Source of the DNA: Schmidtea nova
Lineage: Eukaryota
NCBI GenBank assembly: GCA_044892505.1
Contig: CM097883.1
Location: 275,900,001-275,964,000, forward strand
Length of the DNA: 64,000 bases
Direction of reading: 5' to 3'
In this document: piece by piece, positions 49,457 through 61,499 of the stretch
Numbering within the stretch: the stretch's first letter is position 1
Layout: the number at the start of each line of letters is the position of its first letter
The notes under the pieces: generated by a model
What the model was told of the DNA's origin: nothing
The model's database searches: none
Seen by the model: only the letters and a program-made list of their open reading frames with translations
Program-made: the position numbers and the translations under genes

Positions 49457-50018
49457 TGGCGATAAAGAAACAAAAAGAAAATCAAAAAAATATTGAGAAT
49501 GAACAATCGGCCCTCTTCAGGGCCACAATTCGCGATTGTATAAAATATTGCGCAATCAATTAAAACTAATATTGTTTAGAAATTAGGAAAACAGGGATGA
49601 AAAAAGAAACAACGATTTGTTACTGATTGTAAAAAGAGATTCAAAAAGATATGTTAATGATATTAACCTGAGAATAAAACAGAGAGAATCAAACAGAGAG
49701 ATTCAAAAATATTTGTGAAAGTTAAAAATGGTCCTCTTTAGGGCCATAATTGTTGATTGTATAAAAAATTGCGAAATCAATTAAAACTATTACCGTCTTC
49801 TTTTATGTGTTATTGATTTAATGTATTTAGAGTTATTTTGTTATTNNNNNNNNNNNNNNNNNNNNNNNNNNNNNNNNNNNNNNNNNNNNNNNNNNNNNNN
49901 NNNNNNNNNNNNNNNNNNNNNNNNNNNNNNNNNNNNNNNNNNNNNNNNNNNNNNNNNNNNNNNNNNNNNNNNNNNNNNNNNNNNNNNNNNNNNNNNNNNN
50001 NNNTTTTTTCAAAGTTAA

Positions 50019-50082
<64 letters not shown>

Positions 50083-53000
50083 TTTATAAGTTAAGTTAAT
50101 TATTATNNNNNNNNNNNNNNNNNNNNNNNNNNNNNNNNNNNNNNNNNNNNNNNNNNNNNNNNNNNNNNNNNNNNNNNNNNNNNNNNNNNNNNNNNNNNNN
50201 NNNNNNNNNNNNNNNNNNNNNNNNNNNNNNNNNNNNNNNNNNNNNNNNNNNNNNNNNNNNNNNNNNNNNNNNNNNNNNNNNNNNNNNNNNNNNNNNNNNN
50301 NNNNNNNNNNNNNNNNNNNNNNNNNNNNNNNNNNNNNNNNNNNNNNNNNNNNNNNNNNNNNNNNNNNNNNNNNNNNNNNNNNNNNNNNNNNNNNNNNNNN
50401 NNNNNNNNNNNNNNNNNNNNNNNNNNNNNNNNNNNNNNNNNNNNNNNNNNNNNNNNNNATTATTCAAATTAATATTATCAATTTGCACGCGGGGTGTTAT
50501 AGAATGAAAGAATCAGAACGTGGGTTCAATGCTTACCCGTATTCATATTAAAAATCCAAACACACACACATAAAATATAATCGTGTACATATATTCAAAT
50601 ACAAGTTACATTAGTATTTGTTTCGTTGCACATGGTTTGCAATGTCTTTGTTGTAATTCAGGTAGGAAATAGAAAATAATTGTAACACACACACACACCA
50701 TAATTACCTTTCGAATGATATGTATATTATAAGGTTTGAATAAGGATTTGTAACACACACACACACTCATCTCACAATTACCTTTTGTTTGATATACATA
50801 TTATATAGTTTTAAAAATTTGAACCTTGGACCCTTCAAGGGTATGACCTTTGAAGGTATGACCATTGTGTGCACATTTCAATTACCTTTTGTTTGATATA
50901 CATATTATAAGGTTTGAAAAAAGGATTTGTAACACACACATACACACTCTCGTCTGGCAAATTGTAACACACACACACACACACATCTCACAATTACCTT
51001 TTGTTTGATATACATATTATATAGTTTTAAAAATTTTAACCTTGGACCCTTCAAGGGTATGACCTTTGAAGGTATGACCATTGTGTGCACATTTCAATTA
51101 CCTTTTGATTGATATATAAGTTATAAGGTTTGAAGGTTTTTGACCCTTTGAAGGTTGAGCACCCACCATACACCTTCGAGGGTATGACCATCTTACTTAC
51201 CTCTCAATTACCTTTCGAATGATATATAACTTATAAGGTTTGAAGGTTTTGGACCCTTTGAAGGTTGAGCACCCACCTTACACCTTCGAGGGTATGACCA
51301 TCTTACTTACTTCTCAATTACCTTTCGAATGATATATATATTATAAGGTTTGAAAAAGGTTGAAGGTTTTTGACCCTTCGAAGGTCAAGGACCCTCCATA
51401 AACCTTCAAGGGTATGACCATTGGATAGACCTTTCCAAGACCTTTCGAATGATACCCTTGTTTGAAGGTTTGACCTTATTTGACCTTTGGAAATTCAAAT
51501 TTAAAATTTGAATTTGAAATGAGTCATCGATGACGTCATCGACGAGTCATCGATGAGTCATCGTGATGAGTCATAAAAATTTCTACCCCCGGGGGTTCTT
51601 TGTTATGAGTCATCGATGAGTCATAATGTCTTTTTTTCCGGCTCCACACTTCTACCTACTTTCATCTAGTCTGGACTAAACCAGCTTTTCTGTAATTGAG
51701 AGATTGTAGATTCTGCTTCTTTCATCTATTCGGATTTTCTAACAATTTCCTTCTCAAGGCTGCGAATGATTCGCCACGCCTTATCTAATTCGGATTGCAA
51801 GTTTATTGAATTGTTGGACATTTTCTATAAATCAATACGGTTCATTAATACAAATTTGGTTTGATTTGAATAAATCTGTTAACTTTCATAGTTTTCTTTG
51901 ACAATTTCTCTGTGATTTATTTAATTATTATGTTACAATTAGGAAGTGAAATAACATACATGCTATATTCTCGACACTGTCGCTATATACAGCGATCAGA
52001 TAAATACATTTATAATCTTTATTTCATTAATTCATGCCTGTGCTATGTACAGCAATCAGGATAATAATTTACTAAAATTAAATGAAAAAATTAGGTTCCT
52101 CTGCCCTATGTACAGGGATCAGGATAAATGATTAAATTTCATTATTATTTAGTTTGGTTGATTTATGCTAAAAATGAGATCAACTTTGTCTAGTTGATTT
52201 CTGTGTGGTAGATCATCTACCCACCTGAATTCTTGTATTAGGGTTATTGATTTTTACATTCTAACGTGCATTCTAAACTTATATTCTAAACTTTGAACGA
52301 TGATACTAGCCGCTTTATGCAACCAAACCCCAGATGTGACAATCTCAAAGAACATGGTAATACTTTGCTGACAAAGGTGAAATTTTGGTTCCAAAAATAA
52401 AACTATTTTCATATAAAAACCAAATCAAACTGGCTATACTGCTCAGTGATAATTCGTTAAAGCATGGTTAAAATAATCCTACCCTCCTCGTGGCACTTGA
52501 TACCAGTCGGACGGCCTAACTGTACGGAGCAGTTATCTACTCGGCACAGTCTGCCTCCTTCCATTGATTTCACGATGGACAGGAGCCCCATTGAATAATA
52601 TATAACTTCATGATGTAAAATAAATACATTATATAAATAACTTTAATTCGCCTCCTTCCACCGATTACACAGTGGACAGGAGCGCAAGTAAATCATAAAT
52701 AAACATTGAAAACTCAATTTCAATAACGTTGCCTCCTTCCACCGATTACACAGCGGAAGGAGCGCAAAACAAATCGTAAATCATGTAAAATTCATATAAA
52801 ATTTTATTTAATGAGCAATGACAATAACAGAAAAATATGATATCATAATAGCTTATATACAATCAAAAATATCAAACTTCATACATTTGTTGATCCAAAT
52901 TGTCAGTTCAAAAATTTCAACTTTTAGCATAAAAAACTTAAGCCTTTAAATTGTCTGAATCTGCATCAGGATTTATACTGATCAGATCAGTTTATTAACC

Positions 53001-53713
53001 AATCAGCGTGAAGTTGATGTTCTAACATATAATTTTATTAAAAATAAATTCAATTTCATTAAAAAATAATCAATTTCATTTTCTTGTTTAAATTAACTTA
53101 AAATTTCTTCTTTAATTCCTACTTTAACATAAAATAATTATATTTTAGACTTTTATCTATCATTTTTTCGTTACATTTCAACATATCTTATTTATTTCTA
53201 ATCTTTTTATAATATTAATTATTTTATTTCTATTTATTCTAATACTTTGCATTTAAATCTTTAGGATAATATTATCTTACTTTATCATATTTATTTTATT
53301 CTATTGTTATTGCTTATTTATTTAAATGTTGGTCATTTGATGGACCCAACAATAGTATGATATAGTAATTACGAAATACATATGATATTTTGTAATTTTT
53401 GGGTTTTTGAATATTTATTTCATAATATAAACAGTTTAGGGATAAATTTCTTGTGCTAGACCGCTCGCTNNNNNNNNNNNNNNNNNNNNNNNNNNNNNNN
53501 NNNNNNNNNNNNNNNNNNNNNNNNNNNNNNNNNNNNNNNNNNNNNNNNNNNNNNNNNNNNNNNNNNNNNNNNNNNNNNNNNNNNNNNNNNNNNNNNNNNA
53601 AGAAAAAAGTGTAATTAATATTGCCAGTCCTAAAGAGCGGCGAATAAATGCATGTGCCAAAAAGACAAGTTGGGGAAAGGATCGTCCACAAGAGTCGGCG
53701 CTGCCACCCTAAA

Positions 53714-54671
53714 CAGTGGCGTACCCAGGTTTTAACACCAGGGGGAGCGAGAAGATTAGAAAAGGCCCCACTTACCAAGATCAAAATAACTCATTTAATT
53801 TCAGTTAATTATATCGATTGGGATACAGTTTATACGCATTTATTTTTGCATTTTAAATATAAAAATAAACACCAAGTCACCAACACCCATAAAGTTGCAA
53901 TCAAAAACAATAATGTTTAGTAATATCATAATATGTTAATGTATTTGCATATCAGATGTATCAAATGTATTTGTTATCAACTCCTAGATTTGTTGTGAAT
54001 TCTTCTTCTGGTGCCGCATACGTTGCAGGCGTTGTTGGATTGCTGAATGAAAAATATGCATCCAATTTTGCATATTTTAAAGATTCTCTTTCACCATCTT
54101 CGACTTCTTTTTTCCTCTTTTTATCCCATCCAGATGATCCAGGCCGTTTCTTTCTTTCAGTGTTATTTTTCATTAAATTTTCCAAAAAATTCAGTTTCTA
54201 GGTCACAAATCACAATATTTAATTTTCAATTAATTCAATTGATTAATATTTTTATTTTGTTATAAACAGCAGACGATGATTATATAAACAAATAACATTA
54301 CGGTTAATGAAATATATAATCTTTGGTTTGTCTTTATGAGCAAAGACATTAAATTATAAGACGTCAATTCTTCCAACAATCTTGAAACAGATGATAAATC
54401 AGTTTGACTCTAAGATAAACTTACTAGTTTCCAGTTGTGAATTTGGTACTTGGATAAGGAAATGTTAAACTATCGAATTTATGAACGGAGTGAACACAGC
54501 TTTTAACTTTTTATGTTATTTGAACGATTGAAATAAATAAATACAGCTTTGTGACTTGCAAAATTGGAAATTGAAATTAATGAATAACGTATTTGTTTTA
54601 TTCTTGAAAAGGCCACACTTTTTGAAAAATGGTCTCAGGGGGAGCGGCCGCTCCCCCTACCTACGCCACTT
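53714..54671 (-). mobile_element. hAT deletion derivative with a transposase N-terminal remnant
   Basis: Ends CAGTGGCGTA...TACGCCACT(T); 8-bp TSD ACCCTAAA/ACCCTAAG (1 mismatch); ORF 53961-54185 (SGWDKKRKKE...KLDAYF) resembles the N-terminus of ZMYM-type hAT transposases. Confidence 0.6.
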
Positions 54672-56268
54672 ACCCTAAGGTTAGGGTCAATATGACCTTT
54701 GCATCAATAATTCGCTATCTACAGTGATCAAGTCTTGGCTAATGAAGGGTAGCCAGCTACCAAGACATCATCTACAACACAGTTTTTCATACGCCATGAA
54801 TCTTCTGGCGTGACAGCATCATAAACACTATGACCGAAATTAATTACCTTGTTGTCAAAAATTTGAATCAAGCATCACAAATGCCCAATTAGGTAGGATT
54901 CACCTTAGAAATGACCGTAATTCGACTTTGACCAATATTTTTAGCTTTCAATGTCCCCAAAGTAACGTAAGCAAAAAACTTTACCTTAAATTATTCTCCA
55001 AAAAAAGTTTTTTTGGGAGGGTTGACCTATATATAATGGAGACATATCCTACTATTAACCCAAAAAACATTTAATTAATTAAATAGCTGTTATGACCATA
55101 AGTCATTTAAAATTCGTAAACAAAAAATGTTTTGTTGCGCACAATTTGTGTCTTCCAATCAACAATCAATATTTTTACAAATTTTTTTTGATTTAATTTT
55201 TTTGATACCATAATTACTTAATTTATAGGAAATTATTCCATAGGAAATAACTGCAAATCAAAACTAGAATCAATTTTAAAATGAATAAATAAATCTGTTA
55301 TTGGTTTATAATTGCTTTAAGACATCCCCGGTACAATTTCATAATTCATTTACTGATTATTGCTTTCTAGATTTTGTTTATGAGGAATAGATGTTAAATC
55401 TTCTGTAAACATTTTCCATTATTTACATGCAATCCCAGGACTCTGATATTGTTAATGGTGAGTTGTATCTTTATATTTCTCAAAATATTATATGGTATGC
55501 CTATGATATATCTACTAAAAGGTTTTCTCAATGATTGCGAGAAGTGGGAGCTGTTCCCAAATTCAATCTTACTAAAATAAATAGTCAAGAAAAAAATTTA
55601 TTATAAAGGTATCAAAGATCACTAAAAAAATGTAAAAGTCTTAAATGAAATAATTTTATTAAAAAATAATGAGAAGACATNNNNNNNNNNNNNNNNNNNN
55701 NNNNNNNNNNNNNNNNNNNNNNNNNNNNNNNNNNNNNNNNNNNNNNNNNNNNNNNNNNNNNNNNNNNNNNNNNNNNNNNNNNNNNNNNNNNNNNNNNNNN
55801 NNNNNNNNNNNNNNNNNNNNNNNNACCTTTGATCTTTTTTATTATTATTATCAATAATTCTCATAATGATGACTATAGATTGTTTAAAAAAAAATTTGAT
55901 CTATAGNNNNNNNNNNNNNNNNNNNNNNNNNNNNNNNNNNNNNNNNNNNNNNNNNNNNNNNNNNNNNNNNNNNNNNNNNNNNNNNNNNNNNNNNNNNNNN
56001 NNNNNNNNNNNNNNNNNNNNNNNNNNNNNNNNNNNNNNNNNNNNNNNNNNNNNNNNNNNNNNNNNNNNNNNNNNNNNNNNNNNNNNNNNNNNNNNNNNNN
56101 NNNNNNNNNNNNNNNNNNNNNNNNNNNNNNNNNNNNNNNNNNNNNNNNNNNNNNNNNNNNNNNNNNNNNNNNNNNNNNNNNNNNNNNNNNNNNNNNNNNN
56201 NNNNNNNNNNNNNNNNNNNNNNNNNNNNNNNNNNNNNNNNNNNNNNNNNNNNNNNNNNNNNNNNNNNT

Positions 56269-56790
56269 ATCATTTGTTCATCAATATTTGGCCTTAGCAT
56301 CGCCACTTTCTTTATTGTTCTTATTTTATGTCGTTTTTGTCGAAAACGTGAAATGCCTCCAGTCCAAGATGAAGACAAAACACCGCTGATGGATTCGAGG
56401 ATGAGTCTCGAAACGTACCAAAAAGAAAAAGATTTTTTAATATCTGATCAGATCAGGTTATCTTATATTGCAAAATATTTTTTATATAACATTTGTAATA
56501 TTGTCGAGAGAATTATAACCCATATTTATTTATTTTATTTTATTATTAGTTAATGTTTAATTTGTTATGAATATACATAATCGCACAAAATTAAAGAAAA
56601 ATGAAAAATGTGCAAAATTAATTAAAATTTAAAAAAAGGAAAAAATCAATATTTTTCAGGAAAAAAAGTAGCAATCAAAAGGACTAAATCTAAAGGACGC
56701 AAGGAGTCAGAACCAAAATTAGTTCTTATCGAAACACTTATAACCCAACAAATTTCTGGCAAAATAGTTTTACCTTTGATATTGCCATAA
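56269..56790 (+). pseudogene. Possible single-pass receptor/kinase-like gene fragment
   Basis: Frame from 56269 gives a TM-like IICSSIFGLSIATFFIVLILC followed by RFCRKR; a GT-AG splice 56457-56659 gives ...DQIRKKVAIKR; there is no Gly-rich loop and a stop follows. Upstream is an N gap. Confidence 0.25.
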
Positions 56791-57893
56791 TGGACATTTT
56801 TTGGTGTTGTGCGCTGTTATCCGGCTATACAAGAAGACTCGCGACATAACGAACATAAGGAGATAATAGATTACGATTTAGAACGAGCATATTAATGTCA
56901 TAGAAAATGTCTTTGAATTTAAAGTAATAATTTGTATTTTAGCATCGTACTCGCCTGTAATTTTATTCTGAGGCATCAAGACCAATAGTTAACGCGTTTT
57001 TGTTTTAATGTTTCATCTAAAGTTCCATTAGATTAAATATTTCCGATAATCTTAGTTCAAGGAATTCAGAGAATTTAATCATGACGTCTTTTAATGCAAA
57101 AATTTAAATAATTATTGGGCATGGAACTTTAGTAAGTTTACCTTTGATATATCCGGTTAAAATGACATTTCTAAAAAATTGTTTGTATGTAACCCAATTG
57201 ATGACACATGGAAAATATTTTTTCTATCACTATTATATTAAATCCTGACCATTTTTTAATTCTTATTGATATTATTAAGCATAAAAAACTGACCATTTAA
57301 AAAATATATACTGACCAATTATAATTAAATACTGACCCTTTAATTAATTCCCCTATAATATTAAGTTTTTTCAGAAGAAAGGAATTCTTAATGGTGAATT
57401 CTACTGATTCTCTTCATGATGACGCAGATGATGAGGAAGTCAGTTTAAAGAATGACAACATCAATGTAAGAATAGTATCTTGTATATATTTTGAATACCT
57501 ATAGATAGTCCTATGGTTCATGTCAGTTGTATTTTTTGGGTAAAATTTATAAGTGGTCGCGCCCGCTTAATAAAATATTTAAAAATTAATTAAATAAAAA
57601 TTAAATACTTAAAGGCGGGGCTTGATTGCTGTGAGAGATTGTGGGGCGAGCCTGGAAGCCGTTAGACGGTTTTATCGAAATCTATATAAATCTTTTATGA
57701 AATGGACACGTTACTCAGCAATTTCGATTTATCAATGAGCCATAATCTTCAACAGTGGTTTATCTTCTAATAGTAATGGTGGATTGGAAAATAATAACAA
57801 GACTTCTACTACTTCATATGTGGATTTTCATTGTGATGATCTAACAAAATCTCTATCTATCAATTCCATTGAAGGAAATGAATTGATACGCGA

Positions 57894-57931
<38 letters not shown>

Positions 57932-58111
57932 TTTCAAATATAAAGTAGAAATTCAAAACATTTTCAACAATAAATTTCGATCATTTAATTTCCCGAAATC
58001 TGATAATTTCAAAATTAAACTCACGTACATTTTCCAGTATCATTCAAGATTTAGAGTACCTCAAAGAATCAGGACCGTTGTGTAAGTATCCAATGGATCT
58101 TCCACTGCCTA

Positions 58112-59469
58112 CACCGTGTTTCACTGGATATGGCGACCTATAATGCAGTTGAGTGATATACATCACGAGTTATTATTACTAATTTTTTAAAACTTGTTGG
58201 AATTAGCCATTTTAAAATGGCTTTCAGGTAATTTTTGTAATTAGCATAACTTTTAAGTCTTTTATTTTCATCTCATAAGGATATGAGATCACTATAAAAG
58301 CTTTAAAAGGTTATATTTATTCATCAATTTTATTTTTATTTTATTTTTAAATAATTAGTAGAAAATGTTTATGATATTATGGAATTATTAACATCAAAAG
58401 TAAGTAAAAATTCAATTCTAACTAATATTTATTTGATAAACACATTAATCTCCAAATATTTCAATTTTTCGAAAACATTTAAAAAAAAATCGGCGAACAT
58501 TTAAGGAAAAGATTTTCTAATCTTTATATTCATCTTTATTTAATTCGTCTTCAAGAGTAGTTTTCACCAAACAAAATCTGTCTTGGAAAGACATAGTGGA
58601 GAAGCCATTTGATCTTGATATTGTCTTCCTTAAACTGCATTTGATTTTGCTAAATAAACTTTTGATTGGGTTGAGGAAAGGGCTATATGGTGGCCAAGTA
58701 AGCTTCCCAAATGGAAGTAATATTGTTTATTTTCCTTTGTGTTTATGATTCTGGCTTTGTCGATATCTGAAATCCTATAAAAATCAAATAACTTTTTAAA
58801 TATTTATTATTTCATCTTACGATTTTCGAACATTTTTTCGGATATCGAATGAAATGCAGTTGTACGGTGTCCCTGGAATATCTGAAAGGCTGAGACCATA
58901 ATAAATATTTTAATAAATAAAAAAGGTGATACCATTTTCCTAATTCATCTTCACGAAATGCCATTTTTTCCAGTGAACTTTCTAAAATTTTGGGAAAGTA
59001 TAAAAATTTTATAACAATTTACATTACTTACGATGATATTTCATCTTTTTCACGAAATGGTATTGTTTCCAGTGAATTGTCTGAAAAACTGGGAAAATAT
59101 AAATTTTTCAATACTTAAATTATAACACTTACTATGATATTTCATCATTTTCGCGGAAACTCAATGTAGATTCATCAGATCCAATTATTGAAATTTTATT
59201 TTCCATTTTAATTTTCAATTTTTCTGCTGATAAAAATTATATATGGTAGCCATATTGAATAAAACAAAACACACCCATGAAAGTTAACATCTGTTTTTTT
59301 CTATGTTTTGTGTTTGTGTGTAATTATTTTTTTTTCTTACTCTTTGTCTACGACATAATAAATCGCCATTTTCAGTAAAACAGCAATGAATTAGGTACAG
59401 GTAGGTGTGTTTTTCTATAATATAAGCTATTTGATTATTATAGGTCGCCATATCCAGTGAAACCTGGTG
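58112..59469. mobile_element. Second (1.36-kb) copy of the Tc1/mariner-type MITE, inverted relative to 513-5014
   Basis: Same 33-bp TIRs, TA on both sides (58110-58111, 59470-59471); 58112-59030 is the reverse complement of ~4112-5014 and 59360-59469 of 513-625. Confidence 0.85.
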
Positions 59470-59923
59470 TAATATCACAATGAAAGGCAAATTACATCGC
59501 GTCTGTGTGCGCGACATAAATGTTGGTGTTGTGATCGGGTGCGCACACAGACGCGAGAACCGAATAACTGAGTTTTTAAAAGAAATCAATTTGGAATTTT
59601 AATTTTAAAAACATTTTTATTGGATTTTTAACTGTTGTTTATCTTTGCTAATTGTTTTACGAAAAATTTAAATAATTGAAAAATAATTGAAATACTTTTA
59701 GTTGTTGTTTAGCTGGGCTATTTTGTGTATATTTCTGTGTGGGATTTAAAATTAGATTTTTTTAAAAAAATTTGATTAATAATTTTGGATTTATGTTTCG
59801 GTGTTTGATTTAAAAAAAGGATAATGAATGTTTAAATTTGGATTTATAATTTTGAATTAATTTTTGTAATTTTAAGGAATAAATAAATCGATGAATTTTG
59901 AATTTAATTTCATGTGATTTAAA

Positions 59924-60658
59924 ATGATTAATGAAGAATTGGCCGAAGACGAATATTCTATTGATAATGAGTTGTTACAAAATGTGGTCAATAAAATCGA
60001 GAGCTCTTTTATTAATGATTAAAATAATGTGTTGCCTACGGGAGATTCAATCATTTCTGATAAAGTGCGATCATCATTAATTGAAGAAAAGCTACAATTT
60101 AATTCACCGAAATCTGACAGTGATTATTGGCGCAAATTGAATGATGGTCGAACACCTTTTACAGAAAAGCTTCAAAACTCTCCAATTTGTAAACCTTGTT
60201 ATAATTTTCGAACGAGCATTTTGTCCAACCCCAAATTTATGCTTGATGATATAGAAGATAGATCGGAAGGCAACGATACTAATAAAATTGATAGTAGAAC
60301 ATTGATGCTCGTAAATCGAAAAGACAATTTAATGAAATATATCACTTCATTCCAATCTCAGTTCAAAAAATGGCCAAATTCGTATAAAGACAGACCATAT
60401 CTGAGTAAAATGATCAATAAAGGACGCGAGGATTATCTAAAATTATGCGCCTCAAAAGAGGATTTACCTCTGTCACTATACTTAGAGTGCTTCGGAGAAG
60501 CAATGAAGTCAATTCCAACTACTGTTTTTCTTTCTGAGATTCCAATCAACGTCAGAACACTTTTAGAAGATGCTCTACAACTTTTATTTTATAAAGTTTT
60601 CCCCAAATCGCACGGTTTATTCTGCAGAGCCACCAGAACCTTAATTTGGGTTCCCTGA
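59924..60658 (+). pseudogene. Orphan ORF (~244 codons) with one internal TAA
   Basis: ATG 59924 is in frame with ORF 60029-60658 across a single TAA at 60020-60022; no family recognised. Confidence 0.35.
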
Positions 60659-61499
60659 CGGGGTATTAGGCCGAAACTCAGCTAAGATCCTTCTCCACAT
60701 TCAGGACTACCTACACGCCAAATTTCATTAAGATCTGCCTAGCGGTTTTGATTTCTATAGAGAACACACAAACAAACCAAACATTACTTTTGATATATTA
60801 GATGTTTTTATAGATATTTAGTTAGGTTTAATTATGAAAAAATAAAAAAATAATGTATCTCAATTATTCTACAATATGTAGTTAGCTAAGTAACCAGTGG
60901 TGACCAGTAAGGAGTTCTGAAATTTTGTTTAAACAGGTGGTTGGAAAAAGTAAAATGTTGATCTAAAGAATTAATATAATATATAATTTCACTAAATCTT
61001 GAGGTTTAGAAAATATTATCCTTAATCGAAAAAATAAAATAAATAAGTAAAGAAAATGCATATAAAAAATAAAAATAAATAAAAATAAAATAAATATAAA
61101 ATAAAATAAAAATATAATACTTATTGAAAACCTAACGCAAATTATGAAAAGAGTTTTACAAAGTAGTAATACGTAAAATTGAACTACCCGAAGATCATTT
61201 TTGGTTAAATAGAGCAGCTGGATTGTTTACGAAAACAATTAAGTATCATTAAAACAAATTTTCAGCGGATTTGATCAAATTCCTGATTATTTCCGCAAAG
61301 GAAAATTAATTGGAACCCAATTAAAGGCAACAGCCGAGCAATGCTTACCAGCAATCATAAATTCTTGAAAGAAATTCAGATTAGTATCTTTTTCAAAGTT
61401 ATTCTATACTTTGGGTAGCTATAGTTGAATCGGTTAAGTTAATTAATATTTGCTCAGTGTTGTTGGGTTTGGTTGTATCGAATTTGAAGTCAATAAATT

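Larger units (their letters stand above)
39358..51660. mobile_element. Polinton/Maverick-derived palindromic element containing only pPolB (two inverted arms)
   Basis: Termini AGTAGGTAGAAGTGTGGAGCCGG... and its reverse complement; perfect 6-bp TSD TTCATC (39352-39357, 51661-51666); left arm 39358-46221 and right arm 46471-51660 are reverse complements; no integrase, capsid, ATPase or protease ORF seen. Confidence 0.92.
39000..51821 (-). pseudogene. Orphan 170-codon coiled-coil/basic ORF of cassette D, split by the Polinton (51821..51661 + 39351..39000)
   Basis: Removing the Polinton and one TSD copy leaves 513 nt in one frame: MSNNSINLQSELDKAWRIIRSLEKEIVRKSE*MKEAESTISQLQKSWFSPD*MKAQLLKNQ...KKKKNKMGARQRRLKKQVMQQIIHH; two TAG stops. 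Confidence 0.6.
38361..53351 (-). mobile_element. TG...CA-bounded cassette D (~2.7 kb without the Polinton), host of the palindromic Polinton
   Basis: Minus strand starts TGTTGGG (53351) and ends CCACAACA (38361); 4-bp TSD ATAG (38357-38360, 53352-53355); shares CCTTCTATCGG..GC..TGGACCC (38564-38587) with the 631-4111 cassette at a similar distance from the end. Confidence 0.65.

Noticed and set aside
41291-49845. The palindrome as a pure assembly or amplification artefact
   Set aside because: Disfavoured, not excluded: the arms carry reciprocal derived substitutions and a private deletion, and the junction is gap-free. Long reads are still needed.
7395-51660. Functional link between GCNA (DNA-protein crosslink protease) and nearby protein-primed Polintons
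   Set aside because: Only proximity supports it; the gene lies 17-30 kb away, outside any element boundary.
12454-56378. ORFs in the track made mostly of X
   Set aside because: They span N gaps; the frames are artefacts of unknown bases.
39000-60022. TAG/TAA read-through (alternative genetic code) suggested by in-frame stops in otherwise open frames
   Set aside because: Stops in the pseudogenes are of all three types, and the ~596-codon GCNA frame contains no TAA or TAG.
60625-60690. Hammerhead-like CTGACGG...GGCCGAAAC after a hairpin
   Set aside because: A9 is missing, and there is no stem III partner or NUH site.
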